In this document: one piece after another, positions 37,463 through 46,806 of the stretch | How the letters are laid out: each line of letters begins with the position of its first letter | Numbering within the stretch: position 1 is the first letter of the stretch | DNA from: Candidatus Aphodosoma sp. | Lineage (GTDB): Bacteria > Bacteroidota > Bacteroidia > Bacteroidales > Paludibacteraceae | Length of the DNA: 64,000 bases | Assembly: GCA_045600865.1 (NCBI GenBank) | Contig: JAZRYS010000168.1 | Span: forward strand, 1,556 to 65,555 | Direction: 5' to 3' | Program-made: the position numbers and the translations under genes | Notes under the pieces: generated by a model | The model's input: the letters and a program-made list of their open reading frames with translations, nothing else | What the model was told of the DNA's origin: nothing | Databases searched by the model: none

Positions 37463-38269
37463 TCAAATTGTTTTAGCTTCCAGTTTCTCGCCTATCAGTT
37501 TCGAGGCTGCCTGCGAGAATTTCTCGGCTCTTTCGCTTGTCAGGTATGTTATTGTACCTTTCTTTTCGCATTTCTGCTCTATCTCTTTGTGGCGCATAAG
37601 ATAGTCTTTCAAGCTTTCAGCCACTATCTCTCCTTGTTCCACGACGTTGACTCCTTCGGGCAAGGCGGTCTCAATCTTGCTTTTTATTATAGGATAGTGT
37701 GTGCAGCCCAGTACCACAGTGTCTATCTCGCCACATTGAGCCATCAGCTGGTCAACGTACTTCTTTATGAAATAGTCGGCTCCTTCTGTTTCCCATTCTC
37801 CGTTTTCTATCAGAGGCACCCACATAGGGCAGGCTTGTTCGAAAACTTCGATGTCTGGTGCCAGCTTGCCTATCTCTATGCTGTACGAACGGCTGGCGAC
37901 TGTGCCTTCAGTAGCCAGTATTCCGACTTTTCTTGTTCTTGTCAGTTCGCCTACCTTTTCTACAGTTGGCCGCACCACACCAAGCACGCGTTTCTCAGCA
38001 CCAAGTCTTGGAAGGTCATTCTGCTGGATTGAACGCAAGGCTTTTGCCGATGCTGTGTTGCAAGCCAGTATTATCAGGTCACACCCAAGCTTCTGCAGGT
38101 ATTCCACAGCCTCAAGGGTATATTGATACACCACTTCAAATGAGCGTGTACCGTATGGGGCTCTTGCATTGTCTCCGAAATAGATGTAGTCGTACTCTGG
38201 CAGCAATGCCCTCACTTTCCTGAGTATTGTAAGCCCCCCGTAACCTGAATCAAAGAAACCTATCTTCAA
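37463..38269 (-). CDS. murI: Glutamate racemase
   Basis: FFDSGYGGLT, ILACNTAS and LGCTHYP motifs. Confidence 0.92.
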   Translation of the reverse strand: MKIGFFDSGYGGLTILRKVRALLPEYDYIYFGDNARAPYGTRSFEVVYQYTLEAVEYLQKLGCDLIILACNTASAKALRSIQQNDLPRLGAEKRVLGVVRPTVEKVGELTRTRKVGILATEGTVASRSYSIEIGKLAPDIEVFEQACPMWVPLIENGEWETEGADYFIKKYVDQLMAQCGEIDTVVLGCTHYPIIKSKIETALPEGVNVVEQGEIVAESLKDYLMRHKEIEQKCEKKGTITYLTSERAEKFSQAASKLIGEKLEAKTI

Positions 38270-38272
38270 TCT

Positions 38273-38782
38273 TTAGAGAATTGAGAGTTCTTTCTTCACT
38301 GCGGTAGTGATGTCAACGGCCTTTTCGCCTTTATATACTATGCCACCGGCCGAGAGGTCGAACACAAATACGAGTCCTTGTTTCTTGGCAACGGTATCTA
38401 TTGCTGCCTGCAGTTTGTCCTGCAATGGTTTAAGCAGTTCTGCCTGTTTTTTCTGAGCTTCAGTCTGCATATCCTGCTGAGCTGTCTGGAAACGTTCATA
38501 CATCGACTGCAGTTCCTCCTCCTTTATCTTCTTGATAGATTCACTCAATGTTGCCTTTTCCTGCTCGTATGCGGCAGCCTTGTCTTGCATCTCTTTGTAC
38601 ATTGTCTCAAGATAGGTCTGGTTCGTCTTGTTGAAATCAGCCATCTGTGTCTCAACCTGCGATACCTCTGGCATCAGCATCATTACTTCGTAAGAATTGA
38701 TGTAACCCATTTTGTCTTGAGCCTTCATCATCATTGGCACCATCATCACGATTGCCAACACTGCAAAAAATACTTTTTTCAT
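38273..38782 (-). CDS. OmpH/Skp family periplasmic chaperone
   Basis: Signal peptide and a coiled-coil-rich ~170-aa protein downstream of bamA. Confidence 0.8.
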   Translation of the reverse strand: MKKVFFAVLAIVMMVPMMMKAQDKMGYINSYEVMMLMPEVSQVETQMADFNKTNQTYLETMYKEMQDKAAAYEQEKATLSESIKKIKEEELQSMYERFQTAQQDMQTEAQKKQAELLKPLQDKLQAAIDTVAKKQGLVFVFDLSAGGIVYKGEKAVDITTAVKKELSIL

Positions 38783-38839
38783 ATTATGATTATTATGTTA
38801 GTTATCTATTTTTAGACTACAATAATTATCAATTGTCAA

Positions 38840-39352
38840 TTATTTCACATAGCCTAATTTCAGCAGCAACTCATCGCTCACATCCAGTTTTGGTGACATA
38901 TATACAATACTTGTTGCTGTAGATTTATCCAGAATCATCTGGGCTTTATGCTGTTCGCATATCTCTTTCAGTGCATTATACACCTCGTCGAGGATAGGTT
39001 TCACCAGTGCCTCGCGTTTCTTGTCCAGTTCGCCGCCTGCCCCGAAATAGAGTTTTTTCAGGTCGCTGGCTTCTTTTTCTTTTGCCACTATCTGGGCTGC
39101 ACGCTGTTTCTTCATTTCGTCGCTGAGGAAGACAATCTCTGTCTCATAGTTTTTCTGCATGACGCGTGCTTCTGCTTCAAGTGTCTCAACCTCACGTTGC
39201 CATTTCTTCGACACCTGTTCGAGTTGTTCGTTTGCAGTCTCGTATGATGGTATCTGGCTAAGCACGTATTCCATGTCAACCACTGCAAACTTCTGTGCAC
39301 TCACTCCCATCCAACAACCCAATGCCAATAAAATCAGTGCTATCTTTTTCAT
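38840..39352 (-). CDS. OmpH/Skp family periplasmic chaperone
   Basis: Second Skp-like paralogue: signal peptide and FAVVDMEYVL...KKWQREVE. Confidence 0.8.
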   Translation of the reverse strand: MKKIALILLALGCWMGVSAQKFAVVDMEYVLSQIPSYETANEQLEQVSKKWQREVETLEAEARVMQKNYETEIVFLSDEMKKQRAAQIVAKEKEASDLKKLYFGAGGELDKKREALVKPILDEVYNALKEICEQHKAQMILDKSTATSIVYMSPKLDVSDELLLKLGYVK

Positions 39353-39368
39353 AATATATTAGTTTTTT

Positions 39369-39430
39369 TCTAGATATTCTAGAATCTCTAGATACTCTAG
39401 AACCTCTAGCTATTCTATAGAACTTCTAGT
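39369..39430. repeat. Seven tandem ~9-bp units containing TCTAGA (four perfect, three degenerate)
   Basis: TCTAGA at 39369, 39378, 39387 and 39396. TCTAGC at 39405, TCTATA at 39414 and TCTAGT at 39425. The array fills the bamA-skp intercistronic spacer. Confidence 0.9.
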
Positions 39431-39433
39431 TTA

Positions 39434-42055
39434 TTAGAATTCCTGCCCAAGGATAAAATGGAAGTGCGAGCCGCCAAGAGTTCCAGTCTGGTCTTTGTCG
39501 AAGCCCCATCCCCAGTCAACACCAAGCAGACCAAACATAGGCAGAAATACGCGTACACCAACTCCTGCAGACCTCTTCAGTTCGAATGGGTTGAACTCCT
39601 TGAATTCTGTCCAGCAGTTGCCACCTTCCAGGAATCCCAACACCCATATTGTCGATTGAGGTTTTAGCAATATAGGGTATCTTATCTCCATTGTCAGCTT
39701 AGTGTAGATGTTACCTGCATATCCCCAGTAACCATCGCCTGAGTAAGGGGTAAGGGTTCCCGAATCATAACCTCTGACTGCCACCAGTTCACTACCTGGA
39801 GTAACGTAACCCGAAGTACCGTCACCTCCCACCAGGAATTTACCGAATGCAGAACGCTTATCGTGGTTGTAATAACCCAAGAAGCCGTATTCTGCCCTTG
39901 CCATCAGTACAAGTTTCTCATCTGGAGTCAGAGGCACAAAGAACTGGGCCTTGAATTTCCATTTATGATATTCTACCCATTCGTTTCTCTGAGCCAGATC
40001 CATGTTGGCATAATCCTTGTCTTTGTTTGCAGGGAATGCCGAGTATGGCAAAGTCGCTGAAACTGACAGCGATATGTTGGAACCTCTTCTTGTATATATC
40101 GGGTTGTTTATCGAATTTCGAGAGAGTGTTATTCCGAGTGCAAGGTCGTTTGTGACACCACTTTCAAAGCCATAGTAATATTTGAACCAATTGTTTAGAT
40201 GGTGACGCTGGTACGACAGTTCACAGAAAATCTGGAAGTAATCGTCAGGCCAGTTTAACCTTGTACCATAACCTACCGATGTGCCGAGCGTTCTCATATA
40301 TACGTTCTTGTCGTATTCCGTACCCCAACTGTTATAATTGTAGTTGTATGTCTGGTCATATATTCCATAGTAGTTGGTGTAGTAATTGCTCATGTTGTTA
40401 TAGTTGGTGTAGGCGCGGTTGCTCAATCCGGTCTGCACGGCATAGTAAATGCTGAATGAGAAAGAATTTGGACGTTTGCCACCCAACCATGGGTCAAAAA
40501 ACGAAAGGCTGTAGTTCTGATAGTAAATGCCATTCACTTGTGCCTTGAGGCTCAATGTCTGTCCTTCTCCCTGAGGCACAATCCGGTATGTCTTAGGCTT
40601 GAATAAGTTCTGTATGGCGAAGTTGGTAAATTTCAGTCCCACAGAGAGCACAAGTCCTGACTGGCCGACACCGGCAGAGAACTCTATCTGGTCGGAATTC
40701 TTGCTCTCAAGGTTAAAGTCGATGTCAACAGTACCTGTCTCCATATCTGGTTTCATGTCAACTCCTGAGTATATCTTCTCCTCGTCAAACTGTCCCAATT
40801 GTGCCAGTTCACGCAAAGTACGTACAAGGTCACTTTGGCTGTATAGTGCACCTGGTTTCACCCTCATCTCGCGTCGAACGACATGCTCATACAATTTAGT
40901 GTTACCATTGATGGTTATCTTGTTTATTGTGGCTTGCGAACCTTCGTATATGCGGAACTCGTAATTGATGGAGTCACCATTTATTCCAGTCTCTACCGGA
41001 TCGAGTTGCATGAACAGATAACCATTGTCTTTGTAAAGAGCTGTCACGGCATCTTCTTCCTCAAACAGTCGCTTGTCCATTTGCTTGCCGTTGTAAATGT
41101 CGCCTTGATTCAACCCGAGTATCTGGTTCAGGTATTCAGACGAATACATGGTGTTGCCCACCCACTTCATTTCGCCGAAGTAATATTTCTTGCCTTCGGT
41201 TATGTCCATGTAGATATCTACTCGTCCGTCATCACGGCGAATCACTGTGTCGTATTCGATTTTGGCATCACGGAACCCCATCTCGTTATATTTCTCGATC
41301 AGTGTCTTCTTGTCGTTTGCGTATTCCTTAGGAATGAACTTCTTTGACCGGAAAATGTTCTGTATCTTGCCTTTACGGTTGGTTTTCTTCATGGCCTTGT
41401 CAATCTTGTACATGCTCAAGGCTGAATTTCCGGTGACGATTATGTCGTTCACCTTCACTTTTGTTCCCTTATCTACACTGATGTCTATCAGCACGTTGCT
41501 GTCGTCCGCAGGGTCTGGTTTCTGATAGACAACCACCTCTGCAGAGTAGTAGCCCTTGTCAGCCAGGTATTTCTTTATCGCTATCTTCGTGCGGTCTATG
41601 GCATCTGCATTCAGCTGCTTGTTCTTTTGTATTTCGACTGTTGGGTCGATATCTTCTATTTCGCCCTTTTTCAGGCCGTAATAGTTTACTTTTTTGACGC
41701 GTGGCAGTTGTTTCAGTGCAATAGTTATCCATAGGCTGTCACCAATGATGCTGTCTGCATAGATTTTGACATCGGCAAAGAATCCCTGTTTCCAGAATTT
41801 CTTAACCGCATTGGTTATTTTTGCACCTGGCATCTTCAATCTTTCACCGACAGTCAGGCCAGAGAAACCCACCAACATATAGTCTTCATAATGGTCTGCT
41901 CCTTCGATATTTATCCCCATCAGCACATATTCACGATTTGTTTCGGCATAATCGATCTTATACCGTTCCGTGATGCTTTCTTGTGCAATCGACTTCATTG
42001 TCGTCAGCAGCAGCAATATGACTAAAGAATATCTTTTCACGTCAATAATTTTCAC
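39434..42055 (-). CDS. bamA: Outer membrane protein assembly factor BamA
   Basis: 873 aa, with a signal peptide, POTRA-like repeats and a C-terminal Omp85 barrel ending ...HFHFILGQEF. Confidence 0.9.
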   Translation of the reverse strand: MKIIDVKRYSLVILLLLTTMKSIAQESITERYKIDYAETNREYVLMGINIEGADHYEDYMLVGFSGLTVGERLKMPGAKITNAVKKFWKQGFFADVKIYADSIIGDSLWITIALKQLPRVKKVNYYGLKKGEIEDIDPTVEIQKNKQLNADAIDRTKIAIKKYLADKGYYSAEVVVYQKPDPADDSNVLIDISVDKGTKVKVNDIIVTGNSALSMYKIDKAMKKTNRKGKIQNIFRSKKFIPKEYANDKKTLIEKYNEMGFRDAKIEYDTVIRRDDGRVDIYMDITEGKKYYFGEMKWVGNTMYSSEYLNQILGLNQGDIYNGKQMDKRLFEEEDAVTALYKDNGYLFMQLDPVETGINGDSINYEFRIYEGSQATINKITINGNTKLYEHVVRREMRVKPGALYSQSDLVRTLRELAQLGQFDEEKIYSGVDMKPDMETGTVDIDFNLESKNSDQIEFSAGVGQSGLVLSVGLKFTNFAIQNLFKPKTYRIVPQGEGQTLSLKAQVNGIYYQNYSLSFFDPWLGGKRPNSFSFSIYYAVQTGLSNRAYTNYNNMSNYYTNYYGIYDQTYNYNYNSWGTEYDKNVYMRTLGTSVGYGTRLNWPDDYFQIFCELSYQRHHLNNWFKYYYGFESGVTNDLALGITLSRNSINNPIYTRRGSNISLSVSATLPYSAFPANKDKDYANMDLAQRNEWVEYHKWKFKAQFFVPLTPDEKLVLMARAEYGFLGYYNHDKRSAFGKFLVGGDGTSGYVTPGSELVAVRGYDSGTLTPYSGDGYWGYAGNIYTKLTMEIRYPILLKPQSTIWVLGFLEGGNCWTEFKEFNPFELKRSAGVGVRVFLPMFGLLGVDWGWGFDKDQTGTLGGSHFHFILGQEF

Positions 42056-42770
42056 TTGTCATTTGTTCTGAGGTTTTACCGAACCTTCTTTCTCTTCCGT
42101 TAAAGTTTTCTATTGCCTTTAGGAATTCTTCTCTTCTGAAGTCAGGCCACAGAGTGTCAGTGAAATACATCTCTGTGTAAGCCAGTTGCCACAGCAGGTA
42201 GTTCGACAATCTGTATTCACCACTGGTCCTTATCAGCAGGTCGGGGTCAGGTATTCCGGCAGTGGCAAGGTTGTCGCATACGGTTGACTCGGTTATTTCC
42301 TCTGGTTTCATCTCGCCTCTTGCCACCTTCTCAGCCACCTTGCGTACCATTTCAGTTATCTCCCAGCGAGATGAGTAGCTCAGTGCCAGCACCAGTGTGG
42401 TGCGGTCGTGTTCCTTTGTCTCTTCCTCACAGTTTTCCAGCAATCTGCGTGCCTCTTCAGGCAGCATTTGTCGTTCACCAATTGCTCTGAGTCGCACGTT
42501 GTTCTTGTGGAAAGTGGGCAACTCTTTCACAAGGTTCTGCATAAGCAGGGTCATCAATCCGTCAACCTCCTCTTTAGGGCGGTTCCAATTTTCGGTACTG
42601 AATGTATAGAGAGTCAGATACTTAACACCTATCTCGACTGCCGTTTCCAACACAGCCCTCACTGATTCCACTCCGTTCAGGTGTCCGAACAATCTCTCAC
42701 GGCCATGTTTCTTGGCCCAACGGCCATTGCCGTCCATGATAATTGCTATGTGCTCAGGAACTTTCATCAT
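42042..42770 (-). CDS. uppS: Isoprenyl transferase (undecaprenyl diphosphate synthase)
   Basis: HIAIIMDGNGRWAKK, FSTENWNRP and RTSGEYRLSNYLLWQ. The start is moved to the ATG at 42770, which overlaps the upstream stop by 1 nt. Confidence 0.9.
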   Translation of the reverse strand: MMKVPEHIAIIMDGNGRWAKKHGRERLFGHLNGVESVRAVLETAVEIGVKYLTLYTFSTENWNRPKEEVDGLMTLLMQNLVKELPTFHKNNVRLRAIGERQMLPEEARRLLENCEEETKEHDRTTLVLALSYSSRWEITEMVRKVAEKVARGEMKPEEITESTVCDNLATAGIPDPDLLIRTSGEYRLSNYLLWQLAYTEMYFTDTLWPDFRREEFLKAIENFNGRERRFGKTSEQMTSENY

Positions 42771-43462
42771 CAATATTGTTTTTTCACTGTCACCCCATTG
42801 CGACATGGAGCACAGAATTTAAGAAAGTTAATAGAAATGTATAACTGTGCGGTTGAATACCAGTCTCTGTTGTTCCAGAAACCTCTGTTCAGCCCTATCG
42901 GGTCATCCACATAGTCCAGTTTGTCAGTGAATGCCTTGCTCACCATCCAGTAGGCACCCATGTTGACTCGGTCGGAGAGTTTGAATTTCACACCGATACC
43001 CATTGGCAGCGTGGCGGCAAAGCCTCCGTTGAACCCGATAAATCCCACGCCTAATGCCAGCGAAGGAGTAACCCATGTACGGTATTCAGCCCATTTCTGC
43101 ACACCATAATTGAAGAAGTTGAATTCTCCCAAAACCATTGCACCACCGAAAAGGTTGCGTCTCTTGTCGTCATCAATTTTCTGCACGCCAAGGTAGCCGC
43201 CTTCGCCTTGCACTCTTATCTCCCAGTGGCCGTTGAATTTGTAACGGAAATAGGCACCTCCGACTGGTTGCACGTAGTTGAACAGCATTCCGTTGACGTC
43301 GCCAAGAGTGAAGCCGCATCCACCACTCAATCCGAACTCGCAGAAATAGACGTTTCCGCCTCTGTCTCCTCTTCCTTTTGCCGCAGGGTCAGCCTGCAGG
43401 TCTTCGCATACGCATAACCCGCAAACGATACACATTATAAATATGTGGCCCTTGTTCCTCAC
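42770..43462 (-). CDS. Small outer-membrane beta-barrel-like protein (DUF6089-like)
   Basis: Gly/aromatic-rich strands. Its position upstream of uppS is conserved in Bacteroidales as I recall. The family assignment is from memory only. Confidence 0.5.
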   Translation of the reverse strand: MRNKGHIFIMCIVCGLCVCEDLQADPAAKGRGDRGGNVYFCEFGLSGGCGFTLGDVNGMLFNYVQPVGGAYFRYKFNGHWEIRVQGEGGYLGVQKIDDDKRRNLFGGAMVLGEFNFFNYGVQKWAEYRTWVTPSLALGVGFIGFNGGFAATLPMGIGVKFKLSDRVNMGAYWMVSKAFTDKLDYVDDPIGLNRGFWNNRDWYSTAQLYISINFLKFCAPCRNGVTVKKQY

Positions 43463-43486
43463 GGTCCTTTTGACTTCAGTCTTTCG

Positions 43487-45940
43487 TCATCTCCTGATTC
43501 TCAGCTCCACACGTCTGTTCAGTTGCCTTCCCTCAGCGGTCTCGTTTGTAGCACGAGGTTTGTCAGGTCCATAACCAATTATAGTGAACATCTCGTATTT
43601 GCAACCTTTGCTAATCAGGTAGTCGCGAACCGAACGGCATCTGTCTTCACTGAGTCTCTGGTTTTTGTCTCTCTCGCCATTGCTGTCGGTATGCCCGCTT
43701 ATTTCAACGCGTATGCTCTTCATGTTCTTGAGGATGTAAGCCACACGGTCCAGCTCAAAGCGGGATGCAGGCAGCAGTTCAGACTTGGCTGTCTCGAAGA
43801 AGAGGTTGTTCAAAGGCACTGCGGCATCCTCGTTCATCATCTCCTCGTACGACACCATCTCGATGTCGTGCTCCTCTTTTGTCACATTCTTCCTGTTTCT
43901 GAGGTCTATCCAGTTTGCCACAGGATAATATCCCTCTTTGTCAACATAATAGCCATAGTTTCTGCCCATAGGTAGTACGATGAAGAACTTTCCGTCAACC
44001 GAACTTGTCCTTACCTCACCCATGTCGCGACCTGTTTCAAGATCCTCCCAACGTATCACACCCTCAAGGTATTTACCCTTTCTGTCTTTCAGGTGGCCAG
44101 TTATTATAGTGACACCTTCAGGTCTCATTTTTGCAGGCAAGTCAATGATGTAAATGTCTTCATTGCCAGACTCTATTCCCTTCGAGAAATATGCTTTCTG
44201 GCCGTCAGTGGATATCTTGTACCAGCACTCCATCTCGCCGGTATTTATCTCACGGCCGAGGTTCACAGGCTCACTCCATTCCGTCCATTTCTCGTCATTC
44301 AGCCTGCGTGTCATCCATACATCGTAACTGCCTGTGGAACCGTGGCCTTCGCTCGAGAAGTACAGGGTCTTCATGTCTGGGTGCATAAACGGAGCGCGCT
44401 CGTTGAATGACGTATTCACTTTTGACCCGAGTTCTATGGCCTCGCCCCAGGTGCCATCTGCCTGTTTCAGGCTGACGTACAGGTTTTCCGAGGTTCCAAT
44501 CTCGCGGCCGTTGTTGGTTCTTGCCGCAAAAAGCATTGCCTTGCCGTCGCTTGTCAGTGTGGCATCTGCCTGCCATGAAGCCATGTTCACATTCTTTGGC
44601 ATCTGTTCCAGTTTGCCCCATGTCGTGCCATGGCGGCGTGTGGTGTAGAATTTGCCGTTCTTGAATACAATCATGTCTTCGCCATCCACGCTGACAGCCT
44701 CGACAGCCTCGTTTCCTCGCTCAGTGTTGATGCTTCGTATCTGCATAGGGCGTTTCCACTGGCCGTTCTCGTCACGTTCTGCGTAGAATATGTCTTCTCC
44801 TCCGAGGTTGTCAACACGTTTCTTCCCGACGAAATAGAGGGTCTTGTCGTCTGCCGAGATGTAAGGTGAATACTCATGGCCACCCGAATTGACCTTTTCG
44901 CTCAACTTCTCCGGTTTGATTTCTCCTGAAACCTTTGCGGACATTGTTGCTGCCATGGTCTTGTACCATGGATTGCTGCCATAACCCGCTTTGAATGACT
45001 CCAATGCTGCTGAAATCTTGCTTGCTGCAGCACCCTCTTTCTGCATCTGGTCAAGGTATCTTGCCATGTACACCATTCCGATATTGTATGGAGCCAGCGA
45101 ATCGACCAGACCCTTGCTGACTTTCCCGTCAGCCCTTTTCTCAGCCTCGGCACGTTTCAGGTCTGCAGCCTTGTATTTCATGAGTGTTGACGAGTTGAAA
45201 CGCTCATACAGGGCATACATGCTGTCCAAGTGTTGCAGCGACGGTCCGCTCACCCATATATCATGAATCTTCTCCATGAGTTTCTCCCGCTCTGCCCCTG
45301 TAACCATTTCGATCACGCATTCCATGAGTTCAATGTCTTTTCCCTGCATTGCCTCGTTATAGATGTCCCGCTTTGCTCCAGCTACCCAGTCGCCCACAGG
45401 ATTCTGCTTGAGCATGTTGCAGTATTCCACGCGGGAACCTGACCCTTTGGCGGCACTTTGGCGCATCTGATCCCTGCGTTTTTCGACATCCATCTTTATC
45501 TCCTCTGGTGCCAGGATGTATGTCAACAGAAAGGAATCCAGCTGCTCTTCAGTCGGCTCGCCTTCCAGCAATTCATCGTAAATTATCTTGCAAACGAACT
45601 CTAAACCTATCGTATAGAGGTCATCATTGAAGCCATTTCGCTCAGCTTTTGCCCTTTCTTCGTCATTCATCGCCTTAAAACCATCCCGCGAAGCCACCAA
45701 ATGTGAGTATGCTTTCTCCAGACTGTAGCCTTTGTACGTCTTTATCATGCACAGCTTATAGGCAGTGTAATTGACGCCAGTTGCCTTTGGATTTTTTTTC
45801 AGTTCTTTGTCAATAGATGCTTTAACAGCTTTGTAATCACCCGCTTTCATTTCCTTCTGAAATGGGTATCTGACCATCTGTGCGTTCATTGCGAGCACAC
45901 TGAAAATCAGTAAACAGATACAAAAAGTTGTTTTTTTCAT
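43487..45940 (-). CDS. OmpA-family protein with TolB-like beta-propeller repeats
   Basis: C-terminal OmpA domain EISGHTDSNGERDKNQRLSEDRCRSVRDYL...NRRVELRI. Signal peptide present. The middle region has repeated 'ErapfmhPDmKTLYFSS' type WD40/TolB-like units. Confidence 0.8.
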   Translation of the reverse strand: MKKTTFCICLLIFSVLAMNAQMVRYPFQKEMKAGDYKAVKASIDKELKKNPKATGVNYTAYKLCMIKTYKGYSLEKAYSHLVASRDGFKAMNDEERAKAERNGFNDDLYTIGLEFVCKIIYDELLEGEPTEEQLDSFLLTYILAPEEIKMDVEKRRDQMRQSAAKGSGSRVEYCNMLKQNPVGDWVAGAKRDIYNEAMQGKDIELMECVIEMVTGAEREKLMEKIHDIWVSGPSLQHLDSMYALYERFNSSTLMKYKAADLKRAEAEKRADGKVSKGLVDSLAPYNIGMVYMARYLDQMQKEGAAASKISAALESFKAGYGSNPWYKTMAATMSAKVSGEIKPEKLSEKVNSGGHEYSPYISADDKTLYFVGKKRVDNLGGEDIFYAERDENGQWKRPMQIRSINTERGNEAVEAVSVDGEDMIVFKNGKFYTTRRHGTTWGKLEQMPKNVNMASWQADATLTSDGKAMLFAARTNNGREIGTSENLYVSLKQADGTWGEAIELGSKVNTSFNERAPFMHPDMKTLYFSSEGHGSTGSYDVWMTRRLNDEKWTEWSEPVNLGREINTGEMECWYKISTDGQKAYFSKGIESGNEDIYIIDLPAKMRPEGVTIITGHLKDRKGKYLEGVIRWEDLETGRDMGEVRTSSVDGKFFIVLPMGRNYGYYVDKEGYYPVANWIDLRNRKNVTKEEHDIEMVSYEEMMNEDAAVPLNNLFFETAKSELLPASRFELDRVAYILKNMKSIRVEISGHTDSNGERDKNQRLSEDRCRSVRDYLISKGCKYEMFTIIGYGPDKPRATNETAEGRQLNRRVELRIRR

Positions 45941-45966
45941 AATGCAGACGATTTACTCCAAAATTA

Positions 45967-46003
45967 GCGCACAAAGTTACAAAAAAAATTCGTACCTTTG
46001 CAC
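45967..46003. promoter_or_regulatory. Back-to-back divergent -7 boxes (minus TAACTTTG at 45972-45979, plus TACCTTTG at 45993-46000)
   Basis: GCGCACAAAGTTACAAAAAAAATTCGTACCTTTGCAC. This is the same 35-37-nt cassette as at 49249-49283. Confidence 0.6.
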
Positions 46004-46041
46004 AAGATTTCTGATTATTTTTTCCTTTAAAAATTTTTCCC

Positions 46042-46740
46042 ATGCTTCAAATCGACAAAGTGGTGAAATCCTACACTGGCCATGAGGTACTTCGGGGGCT
46101 TTCCCTCGACATTCCAGAAGGTTCCGTCTATGCCCTTCTCGGCACCAATGGGGCAGGCAAAACCACACTTTTGCGCATCATCAACGGCATAATATCGCCC
46201 GACTCAGGTTCTGTCTCTCTGGATGGAGCCCCCATCACCCTCGACTCTTCGTCACGCATAGGCTACCTGCCGGAAGAGCGCGGCCTGTATCGCAAAATGG
46301 CTCTCGGCGAGCAGGTCATCTATCTTGCAATGCTTCACGGCATGACACGTCAGGAAGCGTCACGCGAACTGGACATATGGCTTGAGCGTTTCGAGTTGAC
46401 CGAATGGCGCAGACGTCCTGTCGAGCAGCTCTCAAAAGGAATGCAGCAGAAGGTTCAATTCATCTCGACCGTCATCCACAGGCCAAGCCTGCTCATCTTC
46501 GACGAGCCTTTCAGCGGTTTCGACCCCGTCAATGCTGAATTGCTGAAAAAAGAAATCCTCCGGCTCAATGCCGAAGGAGCTACGGTGCTTTTCTCGACCC
46601 ATAACCTCGATTCAGTCTCCCGCATCTGCACCCATGCCGCCATCCTCCATAACGGCACCATCGCCACATCAGGGCCTTTGGGCGAAATTATCCAACAAGG
46701 CCAGAGCATCAACGACCTCTTCTTTCAGATAGTGAAATAA
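46042..46740 (+). CDS. ABC transporter ATP-binding protein (no permease partner in the window)
   Basis: Walker A GTNGAGKTT, signature LSKGMQQKV and Walker B LLIFDEP. Confidence 0.88.
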   Translation: MLQIDKVVKSYTGHEVLRGLSLDIPEGSVYALLGTNGAGKTTLLRIINGIISPDSGSVSLDGAPITLDSSSRIGYLPEERGLYRKMALGEQVIYLAMLHGMTRQEASRELDIWLERFELTEWRRRPVEQLSKGMQQKVQFISTVIHRPSLLIFDEPFSGFDPVNAELLKKEILRLNAEGATVLFSTHNLDSVSRICTHAAILHNGTIATSGPLGEIIQQGQSINDLFFQIVK

Positions 46741-46806
46741 GTTGTCTGCGACAGAATAAAAAAACGCCGATTTTTGAACTATAAGTCGATTTAAAATGCC
46801 AAAAAG

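Noticed and set aside
37160-38032. 290-aa plus-strand ORF spanning the AI-2E transporter/murI junction.
   Set aside because: It crosses a gene boundary antisense to two well-supported genes. The translation is Ser/Phe/Cys-rich without motifs.
39369-39430. TCTAGA arrays read as a miniature CRISPR array or as restriction-site clusters.
   Set aside because: The units are 9 bp with only 3-nt variable parts, so there are no spacers. There are no cas genes or leader. The array is far too short-period for CRISPR.
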